Below are positions 62,478 to 64,000 of a stretch of 64,000 nt of DNA, one piece after another; the stretch's first letter is position 1, and each line of letters opens with the position of its first letter. Both the position numbers and the translations under genes were made by a program. The stretch comes from Anaerolineales bacterium (GTDB lineage: Bacteria; Chloroflexota; Anaerolineae; Anaerolineales; RBG-16-64-43), in contig JBEKSY010000006.1 in assembly GCA_049516595.1 (NCBI GenBank), positions 66,621 to 130,620 on the forward strand. Direction: 5' to 3'. The notes under the pieces are model-generated. The model did no database searches. It was not told where the DNA came from and was given only the letters and a program-made list of their open reading frames with translations.

Positions 62478-63806
62478 ATGCCAATCCCGACCTACAAAGT
62501 TCCCGGCCCCAAGGCCGCTGAGTACATTCGCCGCGACGCCACCTTCATCTCTCCCTCCTACGCCCGAGATGTGCCCTTCGTCATGCACCACGGACGGGGG
62601 TCGGAGGTGTGGGACGTAGATGGCAACCGCTATGTCGACTTCGCCGCCGGAGTAGCCGTTTGCTCGACCGGACACAGTCATCCCGACGTCGTCGCCGCCA
62701 TTCAACGTCAAGCGGCCGAATTCATCCACATCTCGTCCGACTATTACCACCCGAACTGGATCGCCCTCGGTGAGAAGCTTGACGAAATCGCCCCATTCAA
62801 AGAGGATGCCCTTTGCTTTATGACTAACTCGGGCGCCGAATCCGTCGAGGCGGCGATCAAGCTCGCTCGATACCAGACCGCGAGGCAACGATTCATCGGC
62901 TTTCACGGGGGCTTCCACGGCCGAACCATGGGGGCACTGGCCTTCACGGCCAGCCGGCCTATGTATCGGCACCGCTTCTTCCCGACCATGCCTGGGGTTA
63001 CCCACGTCCCCTTTCCCAATCCCTATCGTCCGGTCTTGCTCCCCACCCGCCCCGACTACGGTGAGACGGTCGTTGATTACATCGAGCAACAGGTATTTGG
63101 GCACGTCATGCCCGCCGAAGACTGTGCAGCCATTCTCGTCGAACCCATCCAGGGCGAGGGCGGGTACATTCTGCCGGCCGACGGGTTTTTCCCCGCCCTA
63201 CGCAAGCTGTGCGATCGCTACGGCATACTCCTAATCGTCGACGAGGTTCAAACGGGCATTGGACGCACCGGCAAGTGGTGGGCCATCCAACATTGGGGAA
63301 TCGAGCCCGACTTGGTTTGCGCCGCCAAAGGAATTGCCTCCGGTCTACCCTTGGGGGCACTCATTGCCCGCAAGAGCGTCATGACCTGGCCAAGCGGCGC
63401 GCACGGCAACACCTATGGCGGCAATCCTATCTCTTGCGCCGCAGCTCTGGAGACGCTTCGGTTAATCCAAACCCAATACATGTCCAACGCCGCAGCGATG
63501 GGCGACCTCGCGCTCGCCCGCCTTCGCGAGATGATGAGGATGCACCCCTCGATCGGTGAGGTTCGTGGCAAAGGGCTCATGATCGGCATTGAGTTCGTCA
63601 AGGACCGCACCACGAAAGAAGCCGCCCACCACCTGCGCAATCAAATCGTTCACCTAGCTTTCTCCCACGGCCTGCTCCTTCTCGGGTGCGCCGACAGCAC
63701 TATCCGAATCGCCCCGCCGCTCAGCACTCCAACCCAGAACATTGAGGAAGGGCTCGAGATCCTCGATTACTCAATAACCGAAGCCGAGCGCACCGAGGAG
63801 TGGTAA
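62478..63806 (+). CDS. Class III (omega) aminotransferase, GabT/ArgD-like
   Basis: VWDVDGNRYVDFAAGVAVCSTGHSHP, SGAESVEAAIKLAR, LIVDEVQTGIGRTGKWWA, and TYGGNP preceded by the AAKG context. Confidence 0.9.
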   Translation: MPIPTYKVPGPKAAEYIRRDATFISPSYARDVPFVMHHGRGSEVWDVDGNRYVDFAAGVAVCSTGHSHPDVVAAIQRQAAEFIHISSDYYHPNWIALGEKLDEIAPFKEDALCFMTNSGAESVEAAIKLARYQTARQRFIGFHGGFHGRTMGALAFTASRPMYRHRFFPTMPGVTHVPFPNPYRPVLLPTRPDYGETVVDYIEQQVFGHVMPAEDCAAILVEPIQGEGGYILPADGFFPALRKLCDRYGILLIVDEVQTGIGRTGKWWAIQHWGIEPDLVCAAKGIASGLPLGALIARKSVMTWPSGAHGNTYGGNPISCAAALETLRLIQTQYMSNAAAMGDLALARLREMMRMHPSIGEVRGKGLMIGIEFVKDRTTKEAAHHLRNQIVHLAFSHGLLLLGCADSTIRIAPPLSTPTQNIEEGLEILDYSITEAERTEEW

Positions 63807-63844
63807 CCGGCGCTTCCCCGGACCGCCACATTAGCCGAGGTCTT

Positions 63845-64000
63845 GTGCTCCCTGACATCCGCGTTCGTCAACGAGACATTCTGCTCGAGCTCGCCCGTTC
63901 GATCACCCAGGAGCTGGATCTGGCACGGGTCCTGGAGCAGATCCTTCGCTATTCCGTCGAAATGCTCGCAGGCAAGGCCGGGATTATTGCCCTGCATCAG
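63845..64000 (+). CDS. GAF-domain protein, N-terminus only (3'-truncated by window edge)
   Basis: My translation from GTG 63845: VLPDIRVRQRDILLELARSITQELDLARVLEQILRYSVEMLAGKAGIIALHQ. This is a typical start of a GAF domain. Not in the track because it is short and open-ended. Confidence 0.5.
   Translation, partial: MLPDIRVRQRDILLELARSITQELDLARVLEQILRYSVEMLAGKAGIIALHQ

Overview
GC-rich bacterial chromosomal segment. I have no search tools, so every call comes from reading the supplied translations and the DNA by eye. The T-box leader, cobalamin riboswitch, sigma-54 and TPR-heavy content would fit a Chloroflexota-like organism, but that is only inference.

The window holds about 45 credible protein genes. 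Housekeeping genes include rlmN, clpP, tig, a gyrA/parC-like gene, relA/spoT, moeA, tilS, sodA, an aspA/fumC-family lyase, ftsZ, valS and a pyrimidine-nucleoside phosphorylase. There is also one tRNA-Leu(UAG), a T-box leader in front of valS, and a cobalamin riboswitch in front of a btuCD-like/PduO-type adenosyltransferase operon. A frameshifted IS110-family transposase relic abuts sodA. A stretch of about 2.5 kb (53.3-55.9 kb) has no believable ORF.

Most long ORFs in the track that lie antisense to these genes are high-GC artefacts. Several track ORFs also carry spurious N-terminal extensions, so I give shorter starts supported by Shine-Dalgarno (SD) sequences.

Main finding: a co-directional minus-strand block from about 42.0 to 25.8 kb.
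- It starts with rpoN (sigma-54), a PAS/GAF histidine kinase, and a REC-AAA+ activator that lacks a DNA-binding domain.
- A hairpin terminator follows, then a perfect -24/-12 promoter (TGGCAC-N5-TTGCA). This promoter precedes a 2-TM protein, a 1750-aa TPR protein and a 940-aa TPR/gingipain-like (clan CD) putative cysteine peptidase.
- A second perfect -24/-12 promoter then precedes an unknown 421-aa ORF that is translationally coupled to ftsZ, followed by two tiny ORFs.
- A third perfect -24/-12 element sits upstream of a TIM-barrel-like/NTF2-like fusion gene at 9.3 kb.

I propose a sigma-54-controlled TPR/peptidase/FtsZ module. This is a sequence-based hypothesis, not a demonstrated system.
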